From contig MU619292.1 of the NCBI GenBank assembly GCA_025201805.1, positions 89,469-153,468 on the forward strand: DNA of 64,000 bases. Reading direction: 5' to 3'. Made by a program: the position numbers and the translations under genes. Every line of letters begins with the position of its first letter. The stretch's first letter is position 1. The notes under the pieces are model-generated. The model did no database searches. It was not told where the DNA came from and worked only from the letters and a program-made list of their open reading frames with translations. This DNA comes from Parasitella parasitica NRRL 2501 (taxonomy: Eukaryota; Fungi; Mucoromycota). Positions 37,387-50,419 of this stretch are shown in pieces.

Positions 37387-39123
37387 ATGCCACTCCAAAT
37401 AACCAATTCCAACATTTACACAGTGCCTGATGACAGCGATTCAGAGTCTGACTACGAAGACTACAAGGCATACCACCCGAAAACTATGCTTCTGTCGCAA
37501 GAGCAGGAAATCGAATTGATTAGACTGGGATGTGCGTACAATCCGTTGGAAGAATACAAGCGCTCCCACTTGCGCAAAAATTCTGTAAGTGGCAATATAT
37601 CTCCTACATCACAATGAAATTAAACAATGAATTGCTAGAAAATTTATGACCAACAATTTACATTGAAAATGCAACGACATCAGCTAACGTTGAAAAAGGA
37701 AACAAACGAAATTTTAAAGCAGCAGAGACAGAGGCAGCAAGAGGAATTCAAAGCGATGAAAGCTCTGTTGTCTGAGATCAATCTATCCAGGTAAGATTTT
37801 ACGCTACTTGTTGACGTATTTGACAACTGACATGTACGCAGCGCTAAAGACGATGCGGATGACGACAAAGCATTCGAAAAAGAGCTGGAAAAGCAGCGTA
37901 AATCAGTCGACGACGCCATTGCTTTGGACAGAAAGAAATCCGAACATGCAACAGCTGAGGCTAAAGCAAAAGCAGAGGCAACTGCTGAAAGAGAAAGACT
38001 TGGCCAAGAGGAGAAGGCCAAGCAGGAGCAGCAAGCCAAAGAGGAAAAGGAAAGGAAAGCGCAGGCATTAGAGAAGCAGAAAACTGTGAGTTTCGGTTTA
38101 TTTTTTTATGACTGCAGACGATTGACACACTCTAGGTTCAATCATTTGCAGTTTCGCCTCAGGGACTAGAAGAATACAAGAAATATTACGAAAAGATTGA
38201 ATTTTACCAAACAACTATACGGCCCAAATTACAGGAGGACGTCTTTCGTAAGCAGTGCTTTGAATATAAAAAGGTGATTAAAAGATCAGTATCTCAATTA
38301 AAACTTGACCGTGGCACAATTCTGGAAAAATACAATTTACTGCACGATCATCTCTTGAAAATCAAACAACAATCACCAGAGGCGTTCGAATGCATGCTAA
38401 ATCACCTTGCAAAAAGCATTCTATCTCAGGTAAAGCAAGAAGTTCACGCTACTGCATACGCTGCCTATTTTTTGGCAAGATTTTCCTATCTACTATGCAG
38501 TACGATTCCAGAATTCATACAGTACCTGATGGGACGTTTGCTAAAGCGCTGTCCGTACCTTATTCCTCAATACCACGATGACAACCCAGTAAGTTTGTTC
38601 AGCTAACAATCTGACATCGGTCGCTTACATGTAGAATGTCTAGTCGCTTTCACATGAAGAAATCAAAGCAAGGCTGCGTTATGTTATGAAAAATAAGGAA
38701 AAAAATATACTAGAGACATTCTTGGAGCATGCTGAAGGACAGAAATGCTACGTTATGTTTTATGGGGCTTTATGCCAAACATTACCCGATCCAGGAGAAC
38801 CTGAAAATCCCTTTTCAATGAAACATGCTTGGGTTTGGCTGGCTCGTATTTGCAATATGCCGCCTCGCGAAATTACACCCATTCTCGTGCTCGGTCTTTT
38901 GGAGGTTTCTGCGATTAGATTTCTACAGTGTTACCCTAACCAGACTCCCAAATTATTCAAATTGATAAGAGAAACCATCCACCCATTATATCCAATCTGT
39001 TCTAGTAAGGATAATGTGGCATCTATCGAACGCTTAAGAATGCTTCTGGACACATATTTCAAAACCGGCAAACCGGAATGTGTTCCTGAAAAGATTCCAG
39101 CCTCTAAATTGAACCATCAATAA
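37387..39123 (+). CDS. GLE1: mRNA export factor / nucleoporin GLE1
   Basis: Coiled-coil region, then the GLE1 domain motifs 'LNHLAK..L.Q...E', 'GRLLKRCPY.IP' and 'AWVWLARI.N.PP'. About 4 introns. Confidence 0.85.
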
Positions 39124-39148
39124 AAATATGTATTTTTCTTTTATTTAT

Positions 39149-42049
39149 CTACAAGTTCATGTTGTGCGAAGATTCATTGAATCCGGCGTAAAAATCATTA
39201 TAATCCAAGCGAGTTGACAAAGATCTCAAATCTTCATCATGGTACGATTTTAGCACGTCTAAAAACCCAAGCACTTGCATTGTGAAATGATCCTCTATCT
39301 CTTGGTGCCTTTTGCGAATGGCGTTGATTTTCTCAACATCGCCAACGCCTCGGCTCAATCTTTTTATCGACTCATTGGTTGCATACTTGTAAAGATGATC
39401 CAAAACGATACTGTACTTGAGAATGCAATCAAATATACTTGTCAATCGCCCTGCCAATGCCTTTTCCTTGGGTCCGCTTAGAAACCCTTTCTCTGTGATT
39501 TCTTGCAGGTATTTGGCATGGGCAGCAATGATGGAGTCCAGATCCACGCTCTTGGTTTCAATAAACGTTTCTAATTTATCCCATGAGCACTCGAGAACCT
39601 ACTCAAATATGTTGGGCTTTGTTAATAGACAACTTTTTTTTTTATAGTAAATACCTCAAATAGGACATAGTGCTGTAGTTGATAAATGAAATGGATCATG
39701 CGCTGAATTGTCATTTGAGCGTACTGAATGTCCTGATGTAGATCAGGAAGATTTGTGAATTCTCGGCTTGCCTTGACCCATTGACGCCATGCTGATGCCA
39801 GCGTATATTCTACGCGTTTCAGTCGCCATAAAAAGTTGAATGCTTGCAAATATTGATGCATCGCTGTTGGGCTGAAGACAGTATTGATGGGGGCGTCAAC
39901 ATGGTATTCTAGCGAAAACACATCCCAGCCCAAGTCATCTTTCTGTATCTCCAACAGACGTACGTCCAGCCGATTCAATATATCAGGATCATCGTATTGT
40001 GCATTACAAGAGCGGATTGCTGTTTCCAAGATACCAGTGAGGTTATGACGAAATAGAGTCTTGGCAGGTTTACTAAGATTCACCCAAAGAACATCCATCA
40101 AATACTGAATGAAATCGCCTTGGCCGAGAAGCAGATAGCGTTTTAGTGCTCTCAGATGGTCCATCAGTTTGTACTTGGTTTTCAGAATGTTTAAAAGCGC
40201 TCTGCTGGTGACACTGTATGCAACTTCGATTGATTTTTCCACTTGCTCTGTTTCGCCATACTTGAATAGTTGCTTATTAGGCTTCGGGTTGTTGGAAGAC
40301 GGGGAAGTGGATGTTTGGTATTGTTCTGCTAGCGTATCTTGGTGGCAACTATAGCGAATGAAATTCAATGATTTACCAATGGAAAATATCTTGTGAGCAA
40401 GCTCCTTGGGCAGAAAAGCTGGTAGCATATCTTCGCGCATAGTGTATTTGCTCTGCCAAAGTTCCTCTTCAGGTACTGTGTGATCACAAGCAACGAAAAA
40501 CTCTTGGTAAGGGTCGTCTAATTCGCCTTCGTAGACCCAGCGCTCTAGCATTTCGTAGAAGGGCTTGGAAACAATTTGTAGCATTTTTGTTATATAGTTT
40601 TTGATGAAAGGATCTCCATGTTTTGTGTAATTGTGTATGGCAGATATCAGAGCGCCGCCTTTTTGATCTTGACAAACATCTACCAACACACTCATTAGTC
40701 GAAGCTTCTGGTTGCAATCCAGTGTCCAAATCATCAATCGCTTCAAAGTCAAACTCTGGTCAGTGATCTGGTTGTTGATCATCTGCTTCTCTATCTGTGC
40801 TTCCAAAATCGCAATCAACTTGTAATATTCAGTCAATTCGTGCTGCAATGCCGCACACAACGATTGGCCCACCAAGCCTATTGTAGGAGAATCCATATTG
40901 CCTTTGACAAAGTTACGCACTTTTGTATACAGCCATCCGATGTCAGCCAGCTTGAATACCATGTTTTCTGTAGAACGAGATACTTCGATGCCTGGTATAA
41001 ATACGTGATCGTTGATGTCTGTGTCAAATCGAATGTATTGCCCATCAATGCCCTGAAATAAAAATATCAAATCCCGTAGCAAATCCGCCTCTGAAACGTA
41101 GATGAATTCTGTCATACGGTCTTGAGACTCTCGCGCTCTGGCAAGCTGAGTAGCAGGTGGCACTGCGCCATCTATCTCCATACTTTCTTGTGGCAGTGGT
41201 GATCTTTCTCTTGCAAGTCGACGGCGTATATTCCTGGGTGAATCGTTCGAGTGCATATCGTACGGCCTTGACGTTGGCGGTTGTAAATAATCTGCTTGTT
41301 CATGGTCAATGCTTTGTAAACCACGTATTGTAGCAAGAGGGCTGTCCAGTGACTAGATGAGCGGAAAAAAACTGTCAGCATGCTGCAATTGTGTGCTGTA
41401 CAAAGAGCCTACTTACAGACAAGTCTGGCGATGTGTTAGAGGGGAGACCGCCAACAAGCGATAATAAATAAAGAATAGACCATTTGTTTTTCAATAGTTG
41501 CTAAATATGTACAAATATTAGCGCAAGGTTCAGCCAAGTGTCTCGATTGTCCATATTTACTCTTGATGCTAGCTTGTTGTATAAATGTCCAAAACGAAAA
41601 GCATTCTCAGAATTTTGGGTTTCCTGCACTAGTTGAGTATTATCAGATACAGATGATTGTAAGCTATTTACTCTTGTTTACATACATTGGGTATGAATAG
41701 CGTTGGCTACATCGTTTTCGTTCTCGACTATCGAAGGCTCTGTTTGTCTAAATCCAAGCAATTAGGCAACTACTCGACTATTTCCACATACAAAAATACG
41801 TTACGTTAACAATATGCGACTGAATTTATCCAACAGCCTATCCTTTTGTCGCTGTGTCTCGTATGGTGTGGCCTCTCCTGCACTGATATCGAATCGACTA
41901 ATGAGTTTGGACAGTGTTTTATGTAAATGACTACTTGTTGTTGTTGCATTGCGCACAAATGATGGTTCTTCTGTAGGTGTGGACAGCAATGATGTACGAC
42001 TATGTGATGACCTTGACCTTTGGGCCCAGTTTACGTCTGAATAACTCAT
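39149..42049 (-). CDS. SPC98: Gamma-tubulin complex component 3
   Basis: 'E..LLRDLIF.FQGIDG', 'LVGQSLCAAL..EL..YYKL', 'HGDPF', 'LKRYLLLGQGDF' and C-terminal 'L..RLDYN.FY'. Confidence 0.95.
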
Positions 42050-44175
42050 TATAACAAGGAGAAAATAATAAGCGCGTAGCAAAAGTTTTGAATTATTTCT
42101 CTGTGCTCGCGATTAGCAGAATGCGGAGCTTTTCCATTGATTGTCTCCATCAGCATTGATTTACAAGCTTTTGTCTGCCCTGATTTATAAAGTGCTAGTC
42201 ATTAAACGACAAGTTTCGCATTAGTATATAATAGTTTGCTATGCTAGTGTTTGCGCTGGTCAGGTGTATACAATTTGTTTGGGATCACTCCAAATGGTTG
42301 TTTGCCCTTTCCAAGTGGAAATCGGCAAGTGTGAAAGAACTGTATTACGTTATTCCAGTATCTATCTCAGAAACTTTGGTGTGCTATTATGAGAGCAAAG
42401 TGGAACTTATGAGAACCACCATCGAAAGAAGACAATGTGAATACGGACGCAAAATGCCAACTCGTATCTAATTGTGGCATAATTTGTTATTGCTATGTAA
42501 TTAATCGAGTAATCGGGCTCTAACATCAAAGGTGTTATTGGGGGCATTACCTCTTCAAGAAAGCATAAAAAACTTTAAAAGTTAATAGACACAAAATAGT
42601 TTTACACGTAGGAAAGTCCACTGGTGAAAAAGAAAATATTCTACGTATTCGTTTGCTAAATAGAATAGGCACAAATCCTTGCAGCGAGAGTGTTTATAAG
42701 CGTTTCTTGTGGACACAAGTCAACCTCTGCATACTAAAGAGTTAAAAAAGAATATTGATATTTCATCACTAGTAATTGCAGATGAAAACACACAAGGCAA
42801 AGAAAAGAAAATTTCTTATTAGTTATTATAACCATTCCTGCTTAATCAAACGCATCGGTGCGCTTAAAGGTGCTAGAAAATAATTAGTGAAAACGGGTTT
42901 GAGGTTTCCACTAGTGATAAGTAAAAAATGCGCCGTATTGAGAGCGCAATAAAAAATCAACACGAGACGAAATATAACAGTATGAAGATATTGAGATGAG
43001 TGAAGAATCTCCAATTTAGTTTGAGCAATCAAAAAATATTTGAATAAAGTCTTGAGTTATAGCGCCAATTTGGTTCTAGTCTAATTCTGCAAAATAACAC
43101 TAGACTTTTATTTCAAAAGAATACATATTAAATATATTAAAAAAAAAAGAATGCAGCTATTGACATGCCTTCAATTAATTGATTCTTCGTAATTCAGTTA
43201 ATGACTGTATTGATTTGTTCCATATGTAATGCGGTGGAATCGCAGCTATCGACATGTACAGTGAGAGTATAATTTACGAAAAAGCGCACTTGAGGTGGTT
43301 ATAAATGACCTTTAGGACCAAAGAATCTCTCTCCATTAAAGGACATCATTAAATATGAACATTTGAGGTCATTTGCATCTATTATTATTTGCTCCATATA
43401 TAAAAAATTGATCAGCGGAGATGTATTCTTTGATTCTGATGGTAAAGCTCTCTTTACTTGAAGTAAATAATGCAGGAAATGCGCTAAACATTCTAAAAAT
43501 ATGTGTTTTCTGAATCAAAAGCCTTGAAGAAGGCATATACAATTGTAAAGAGGGAAAAAAAAATAGACTTTTTCGAGTTTGGGCCAAAAACATACAACGT
43601 TATTTGTCATACTGAACTTCGAGAATCCTTAACTGGAAAGTCGCACAGACATCTGCGACGCTTGAAATGCTTGTACGGTTGCTTCATAAATTACTTACAG
43701 CATGTTAATGTCCCCAAGATGAGACTGAAATGTGCACTATTAAAAAAGCGTATATTGCTTGCATGAAAACAAACATTAGACTTACTGCATGGCAATTGCG
43801 AATATAAAACTTGGCTTTTCTTGGAATGCGAATGATTCTGGTCTTCTAGATTCCTATGCTCATGCGATTGGCCATTTCGTGAGAATATTGACACAGAAAA
43901 AAAAAAGATTTTAATAGACATTTGTCTATTATTTTGAATAAAAACAGAGAAATGGCGAGTCTTTTTTAAGGAAGAAATCTTTTGTACAGGGCACAGGTAT
44001 ATTTTTCTGCATTTCAAATAGATGGTATAACTACACATTGATTGGAGATTATTGTACGTGACTCTTCAGACAAAAGTGATTTAAATACCCCACTTTACAA
44101 AGCAGATGCAATTTTAATCCTTAGTCCTTTTTCTTCCCTACTCTTCACATAGTCGAACTAATCAAGAAATCAACA

Positions 44176-46070
44176 ATGACAAACGCACCTTCTTTCACCA
44201 AGATTACTCAAGAAGACTTTCAAAAGTCCAAACTGTCCAAGTCTATTGGTATATAGATGAACAATTAGAGATTAAAGATATGCAATGTCTGATTTAGTTG
44301 TGATAGATTTGGCTAGCTCTGCTCTCGGAAGTGCCGTTGTCAAGGTTACTGACGAATTCTTTGCTTCTGCTTCCATGATGCTTAACCCTGAACCTGCTCT
44401 TCATTGCCCTGATAAGTTTGTTGGTGAGTAATTTATGCATTACTTTTTGCAATTGGAATATTTACTTTGTGCAATGTCTTAGAAACCGGTTCCTGGATGG
44501 ACGGATGGGAGTCAAAGCGCCATAACGATACCTACGATTGGTAGAAAAAAAATAATACCATCAATTAGCAAAACGTCAATCTAACGTCCTCTTCTTCCGA
44601 ATTAGGTGCATCATCAGGCTTGGATTTGCTGGTGCCATTAGTGGTTTTGACATTGATACCAGCTATTTCACTGGTAACCAGGCACCTGCAGCATCTGTTG
44701 AGGCTGCCTATTGCCCTACTGGCTCTGGATTGGAAAAGGACCTTGTTTGGACTGAAATCCTGCCCAAGGTTGAGCTGCCTCCCAACTGCCACAATTTCTT
44801 CCAATTGGAGCAACAATCAGCTGTTTACACTCATCTTCGTTTGAACAACTATCCCGATGGCGGTATCGCTCGTTTCCGTGTTTACGGTGACGTTCAACCC
44901 ACTCTGCCCAAAGACAAAAAGTACGGTGTACAAAGTTATTATTGTGTTAATCAAGTTACTTATTGTTCTATTTGCATAGCTCTCTCATTGATTTGGCGTT
45001 TATCGGACATGGAGGTAGATCTGTTCAAGTCAGCGACGAACATTATGGCCCTGGTGACTTTTTGGTCTTGCCTGGTCGTGGTAAGAATCAGGGTGATGGA
45101 TGGCAAACGGCTCGCTCTCGTATCGAGGGTTATTCTGATTTCGTTGTTCTTCGTTTGGGTGCTGCTGGTCACATCTTGCAAGCTGAAGTTGACACTACTC
45201 ACTTCAAGGGTAACTTCCCTCGTCAAATCAAGTTGGAAGCCACCAACACCACTGATGTTGTTCCCGCCGACAATGCTGAATGGTTTACTCTCGTGGAACC
45301 CTCCGCTACTGGTCCCAACAGCATCTTTTACTTTGACACTGCCCATACCGACAAGGTCTTTACGCATGCCAAGATCTCTATCATTCCTGGTAAGTTTCGA
45401 TATGCTTGATTATTTTCTAAGCGTTTACTAATCGAAAGTAGATGGTGGTATCAAGCGCCTTCGTCTTTACGGTGTTGTTGAAGGTGGAAAGATTCCTCAA
45501 TTGCCCATTGTTTCTCCCACTGCCCTCAAGGGTGGCATTGTCGCTGAGCCTTTAACTTCTGAGGCTTATGCTCCCTATGGTGATGTTATTCACACCGAAG
45601 GCAGCAATGAAGTTACCAGTGCTAACCAAGGTACTGCTGAAAAGTACCACCGTGTTGCCGCTGTCAGCAACTTATTCCCCAGTGGAAACGGTAAGATCAA
45701 CATGTGCATCTTCCATTGTCGTCCTACCACCGAGCTCCCTTTCACTGTCAAGTTGTTGGAGAGACACCCTTACTCCAGCCAAGCTTTCATTCCTTTGACT
45801 GATGGTAAGACCCGTGGCTATCTCGTCGTTGTAGCCCTTAATGGTAAGGATGACAAGCCTGACATGTCCACTTTGAAGGCCTTTATTGCTTCTTCCAAGC
45901 AAGGCATCAACTATCGCCAAGGTGTCTGGCATCATCCTATGGTTGTCTTGGAGAACACTACTGATTTTGCCTGTATTGTTCACGAGAGCGGTGTTCCTCA
46001 AGATGACTGTAACGAGGTTGATGTTGAACATACTCTTGTTCAAGTCCCTGGTTTCCAAGACGAAAACTAA
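44176..46070 (+). CDS. Allantoicase - ureidoglycolate lyase fusion protein
   Basis: Two allantoicase repeats (WMDGWESKRHN, FTGNQ, YPDGGIARFRVYG; GDGWQTARSR, HFKGNFP, PDGGIKRLRLYG) run without a stop into an AllA/Dal3 domain (PL..EAYAPYGDVI, LLERHPYSSQAF, QGINY..GVWHHP). 5 introns. Confidence 0.93.
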
Positions 46071-46493
46071 TTCCATCGTATAATAATTTATACGTATACC
46101 AAAAAGAAGAAAAGAAGCAAATGTACATTTACAAATACTTGAACACCTTAAATAATTTAAAAATAGCATATTCTCATGTAAAAATATTTGTAAAATAAAG
46201 TAGACCTACCATTTCTTGACACAGAGATTGCATAAATCCGTTGAATTTGATGCAAATTTCATCGCATAGATAAAGTATCAGGCAGTTAGGCTTTAATTAT
46301 AACAAAGTTGGTAATCGTCCTGGTCAGTTGTGAAATAATACCACTAGACGAAATATACGTTTTCTAGATTACAAACAATGCCTATATTCTCAAGGTTTGA
46401 AAGCGGTTATCTAATTGTAGGTGAATTCCTATTAATTCCTGACAACTCTGCTGCAGCTGATTTTACACTTTTTCTCGCTATTTAGACGACACA

Positions 46494-48599
46494 ATGTCAA
46501 TAGCAGCCTCGCTACCCACTACATTTGAGGATAGTAACGACGAATTATTAAAGCTTCTCACTGATGCTTGGGATGCCCCTCTTAAAGAAACTGTAGAAAC
46601 GAGCAAATGGACGCGCGACTATCTCACAAAACTCACCTCCTTACCGCTCGATAGCCTACTACACGAGCCTACTGAACTTGAAGAACAACAAGCTAAAGCA
46701 AAGCGAGACGCACAGCAACTTGCATTTCGGGAATACCCATGCTTTCTGCACGCTCAAACTTGTCGACATCAAGTTGAAGAGACGTTAGATGGCCTTGACG
46801 TTCATCTTGCGGAATTCTTGGCTTCAGTACCAGAACTACAAGAAGCTTGTGAGATTTTCGAGCAGCATGCTAAAGAAATCAAAGAGGAACGAGGAAAGAT
46901 AACTCGTGTTTTGGAGCACCAGAACGACTTGACCGATTTATTAGAGATCCCTCAATTAATGGAAACCTGTGTATGGAATGGCTATTACTCAGAAGCTATG
47001 GATTTGGCTTCGCATGTTCGGTTATTACAAGTGCGATACCCTTTGTCAATTGTAAAAAGTATTCATCAGCGAGTGAAATCCTCGTCTGATTTGATGTTGG
47101 TGCAGCTTATTTCACATTTAAGAAAGCCAATACGATTAGCAGCAGCAATGAATGTAGTTGGATTTTTGCGCCGCATGGATGCTTTTGATTCTGAAACAGA
47201 GTTACGCATGGTATTTTTGAGATGCAGGCATGATTTTTTGCAGCAAAGATTAGCAAGACTCAAAAGAGACATTTCCGACGAGCCTAGACAGCGAAGCGCA
47301 GATGCATTTGAACATTTGAAGAAGTTTATTGATGTTATGCGCGAACAAATGTTTGAAATTGGTACACAATACATATCCATCTTTTCTAATGAGCAAGGCA
47401 CATTACTATCAGACTATATGGTTCATGTGATAGAGCTTATCAAGACATGCTTGGATACACACCTTCCCATGATTGACGATACATCTGCATTGGCCTCTCT
47501 CTTAACTCAGCTTCAGTACTGTGGTATGTCGCTCGGCCGCATCGGTTTAGATTTCAGACATATATTTGTGCACTCATTTGAAGAGGCAGTGCAGCCTATG
47601 ATTTTACAGTGGATTAGTAATGCAACGGAGGATCTTGTACAAAAGATCTCTAAAGCCTCTCATGAAAGTGCGGCACCTAGTGCGTGGATGTCATCTAAAA
47701 CCGTATCACAAAACAACAGCAATGTTAGCAGTAACAATAGGGACGAAGCGAAACGGCATGCTTTTCAACCACCAATGTTACTACTTGGATATCCTTCACT
47801 AGCAGTTTTCATCAACGGCATTTTATCTGCTTTTAATTCACTCCGTCTTTTGCCAGCAATTAGCTTATATGAGCCGATTCAAAATCATTTAGAAGCGTGC
47901 TTTTTAGAGATTGGTTCTGCACTTAAGCAGTATTGCGATCAAGCGGCGTCGTATATGCCAGACGAAGTGACATACTTGCAATCTTATTCGGCAGCTTATG
48001 TGCGATGTTGTCTTCCATTCCTCAAATCATGTCTGGTAGATGGGATTTATGGAAACCTGTTGACGTCAGCTGCAACAGACGAAGATATGGAAGCTCTGTT
48101 GGTCACCTATTTACCTGTCATGAAGAGAGAGGATGAGGTGCAGATTTTGGACAATACAGTTCCTGACAAATCATCAGACAAAAATAACGAGACAAACGAA
48201 ATTGTCGAAGTCCAGCCGAAATCAAATGATGCAAAAGATATTGAAGCATGTCAAAATCCCAAAAATATGACTGATACAAACGAGGAACCAAAAGAAACTG
48301 ACAGCCAAAAAAATGACGACGAAATCAAAAGCAATGCAAAGCAAAAAGACGATCTCCTAGCTGATAAAAATTCTGACAATATCCAGGTAGATGATATAGA
48401 AGAGGAGCCTGTGGCAAAAGGAATAACTAGCACAGACGATGAGAAGGAAAATGATCCCTCTAATGTAGATGTTGAGCAATTAGTGAAGGAAGAACAGGCG
48501 ACCATACAAAAGGATGAAAAAGACAAAAAGTCAAATACCCAAAAAGCCAGACATAATAGCAATGCCAACTCTAAAAAAAAGAAGAAATCTAAGAGATAA
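46494..48599 (+). CDS. COG8: Conserved oligomeric Golgi complex subunit 8 (Dor1)
   Basis: 'DLLEIPQLMETCVWNGYYSEAMDL' and 'QLQYCGMSLGRIGLDFR' motifs. Intronless, with an acidic C-terminal tail. Confidence 0.93.
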   Translation: MSIAASLPTTFEDSNDELLKLLTDAWDAPLKETVETSKWTRDYLTKLTSLPLDSLLHEPTELEEQQAKAKRDAQQLAFREYPCFLHAQTCRHQVEETLDGLDVHLAEFLASVPELQEACEIFEQHAKEIKEERGKITRVLEHQNDLTDLLEIPQLMETCVWNGYYSEAMDLASHVRLLQVRYPLSIVKSIHQRVKSSSDLMLVQLISHLRKPIRLAAAMNVVGFLRRMDAFDSETELRMVFLRCRHDFLQQRLARLKRDISDEPRQRSADAFEHLKKFIDVMREQMFEIGTQYISIFSNEQGTLLSDYMVHVIELIKTCLDTHLPMIDDTSALASLLTQLQYCGMSLGRIGLDFRHIFVHSFEEAVQPMILQWISNATEDLVQKISKASHESAAPSAWMSSKTVSQNNSNVSSNNRDEAKRHAFQPPMLLLGYPSLAVFINGILSAFNSLRLLPAISLYEPIQNHLEACFLEIGSALKQYCDQAASYMPDEVTYLQSYSAAYVRCCLPFLKSCLVDGIYGNLLTSAATDEDMEALLVTYLPVMKREDEVQILDNTVPDKSSDKNNETNEIVEVQPKSNDAKDIEACQNPKNMTDTNEEPKETDSQKNDDEIKSNAKQKDDLLADKNSDNIQVDDIEEEPVAKGITSTDDEKENDPSNVDVEQLVKEEQATIQKDEKDKKSNTQKARHNSNANSKKKKKSKR

Positions 48600-49217
48600 A
48601 CAAAGCTTAATCAATTTTTTTATGAATAAAGTCTAATACAATTTTCTTAAAAAAATAATCCTAAATGACACCATAATAGCCCTCCAAAAACACATTTAAA
48701 AGGGACGTTTAACGCATTAATTTGCATAATCTATTAAGCAATATAATGCCTTCGAGTTGTATAAAAAGAAAAGATACGTTGAAGCCAGTTCATCGACAAG
48801 CAATATGACAAAGTATAATAGATCTAATACTTGCAACAGTATATGTAGAAGCTAGCTGCAAAATTTTGTATTGATCCGCTTAATGTAAAATAATATTAGA
48901 GGCATTTATTACACTCTGGCAATTCGTTCCTTTTTAAAGCATTCTAACCAAAACAATTCATCGATACAAACAACAGCAATTGCCTGTCGTGCCCAATGTG
49001 GCATGGCTTTCCAATAAAATAGATTTCTGTATCTTGGTACTTGTTTTATTTGAAAATCTACACTTTTGTTTTTGTGTGTCTTTGAAAGCTGGACGACGTT
49101 TTGTTCCTGCAACTGTATTTGAAAGCTAAAAAGGTATAATACGATGTTCCAAGCACACACATTTCTCTCCTTCTTTTTTATTATACGGTATTACAGAAAC
49201 GGCTTTCTCAATAAATC

Positions 49218-50342
49218 ATGGAACCTTTAACATGGCTACTACTACTAGGCATAGCTATGCTAATTGGTAGTTATGTTGCTGGCTCTTTACCACTTAGTAC
49301 AAAACTATCAGATAGAAAAATTCGTATATTGAATTCACTTGGTGCTGGTTTACTTATTGGGACGAGCCTTATGGTTGTTATTCCAGAAGGCGTAGAAACC
49401 ATCTATTCAAGCAGAGCAAGAAGCGCTACCGTCATTAGCTCCAAGTCTTCACCCAAATCTGGTTTTGCAGAGATTCCAAATTTATCGACCCTAAATACCC
49501 ATAAAAACTGGGCTGCCGCTGATAACCAAGACGATCAAGAGGATAACTTGTATAAAATTGTGAAAAAACGTTCCCCAAAATACGAAAAAGAAGAGGAAAA
49601 GAAAGAAGAGGAAGGAAAAGAACATGTCGCAGTGGGGCTATCGCTGATTATTGGATTTTCCCTCATGTTTGTCATTGATCAAGTTAGCTCTTTACACATG
49701 ACAGCGCCCAATACTAGCATTGAATATTCAGAATTGAATACTGTAGGCGGAGGTGGTCTCCAACATGAAGAGGAAGCAATAGGACCATCGACTACCACAT
49801 CATCAACAAACGATGAGTCTATTTTTCCTGATACGCACATGACGCCAGTGAATCGACCGTCGATGACACCTACCGTTGGACTTGTTGTTCACGCAGCAGC
49901 CGATGGTATAGCTCTGGGAGCGAGCGCATCACATCCTCAGTTATCAATGGTTGTGTTTATTGCAATTATGCTCCACAAGGCACCTGCATCGTTTGCTCTT
50001 ACGTCTGTTCTTTTAGCAAGTGGACTGTCACACGCGACAATTCGCAAACATCTGCTCTTATTTGCACTAGCAGCGCCGTTAGGTGCTTTGTTCACTTACT
50101 TTACGCTTTATTTCTTTTCATCATCATCAACATCAGCTTCTACTTTGGAGTATTGGACAGGAGTACTACTGGTATTCTCTGGAGGTACTTTTCTATATGT
50201 TGCTATGCATGCACTACAAGAAGCAGCAGAAGCAAGCCATCATCATGGCAGCGGTCGCCCAAAAGCAGAGCAAAGTCAATTGTTTATTATTCTTGTTGGC
50301 ATGGCAACCCCAATATTTCTTAGCATGACCCACTCTCACTAG
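49218..50342 (+). CDS. ZIP family metal transporter (ZIP9/Atx2-like)
   Basis: 'GAGLLIGT.L.V.IPEG', 'GLVVHAAADGIALG', 'AIMLHKAPA.F' and 'FSGGTFLYVA'. Confidence 0.93.
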   Translation: MEPLTWLLLLGIAMLIGSYVAGSLPLSTKLSDRKIRILNSLGAGLLIGTSLMVVIPEGVETIYSSRARSATVISSKSSPKSGFAEIPNLSTLNTHKNWAAADNQDDQEDNLYKIVKKRSPKYEKEEEKKEEEGKEHVAVGLSLIIGFSLMFVIDQVSSLHMTAPNTSIEYSELNTVGGGGLQHEEEAIGPSTTTSSTNDESIFPDTHMTPVNRPSMTPTVGLVVHAAADGIALGASASHPQLSMVVFIAIMLHKAPASFALTSVLLASGLSHATIRKHLLLFALAAPLGALFTYFTLYFFSSSSTSASTLEYWTGVLLVFSGGTFLYVAMHALQEAAEASHHHGSGRPKAEQSQLFIILVGMATPIFLSMTHSH

Positions 50343-50419
50343 CTTTAATACATGACAGTTATTATCTTTTGTACATAACACATGCTCGCAATTATAAACG
50401 TATAGAGATTTTTTTTTTA

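Noticed and set aside
42200-44040. Short ORFs and CACTAG motifs upstream of the allantoicase gene; possible GATA nitrogen-regulation cluster
   Set aside because: The ORFs lack motifs, there are no convincing inverted termini, and GATAA sites are too few to stand out in AT-rich DNA.
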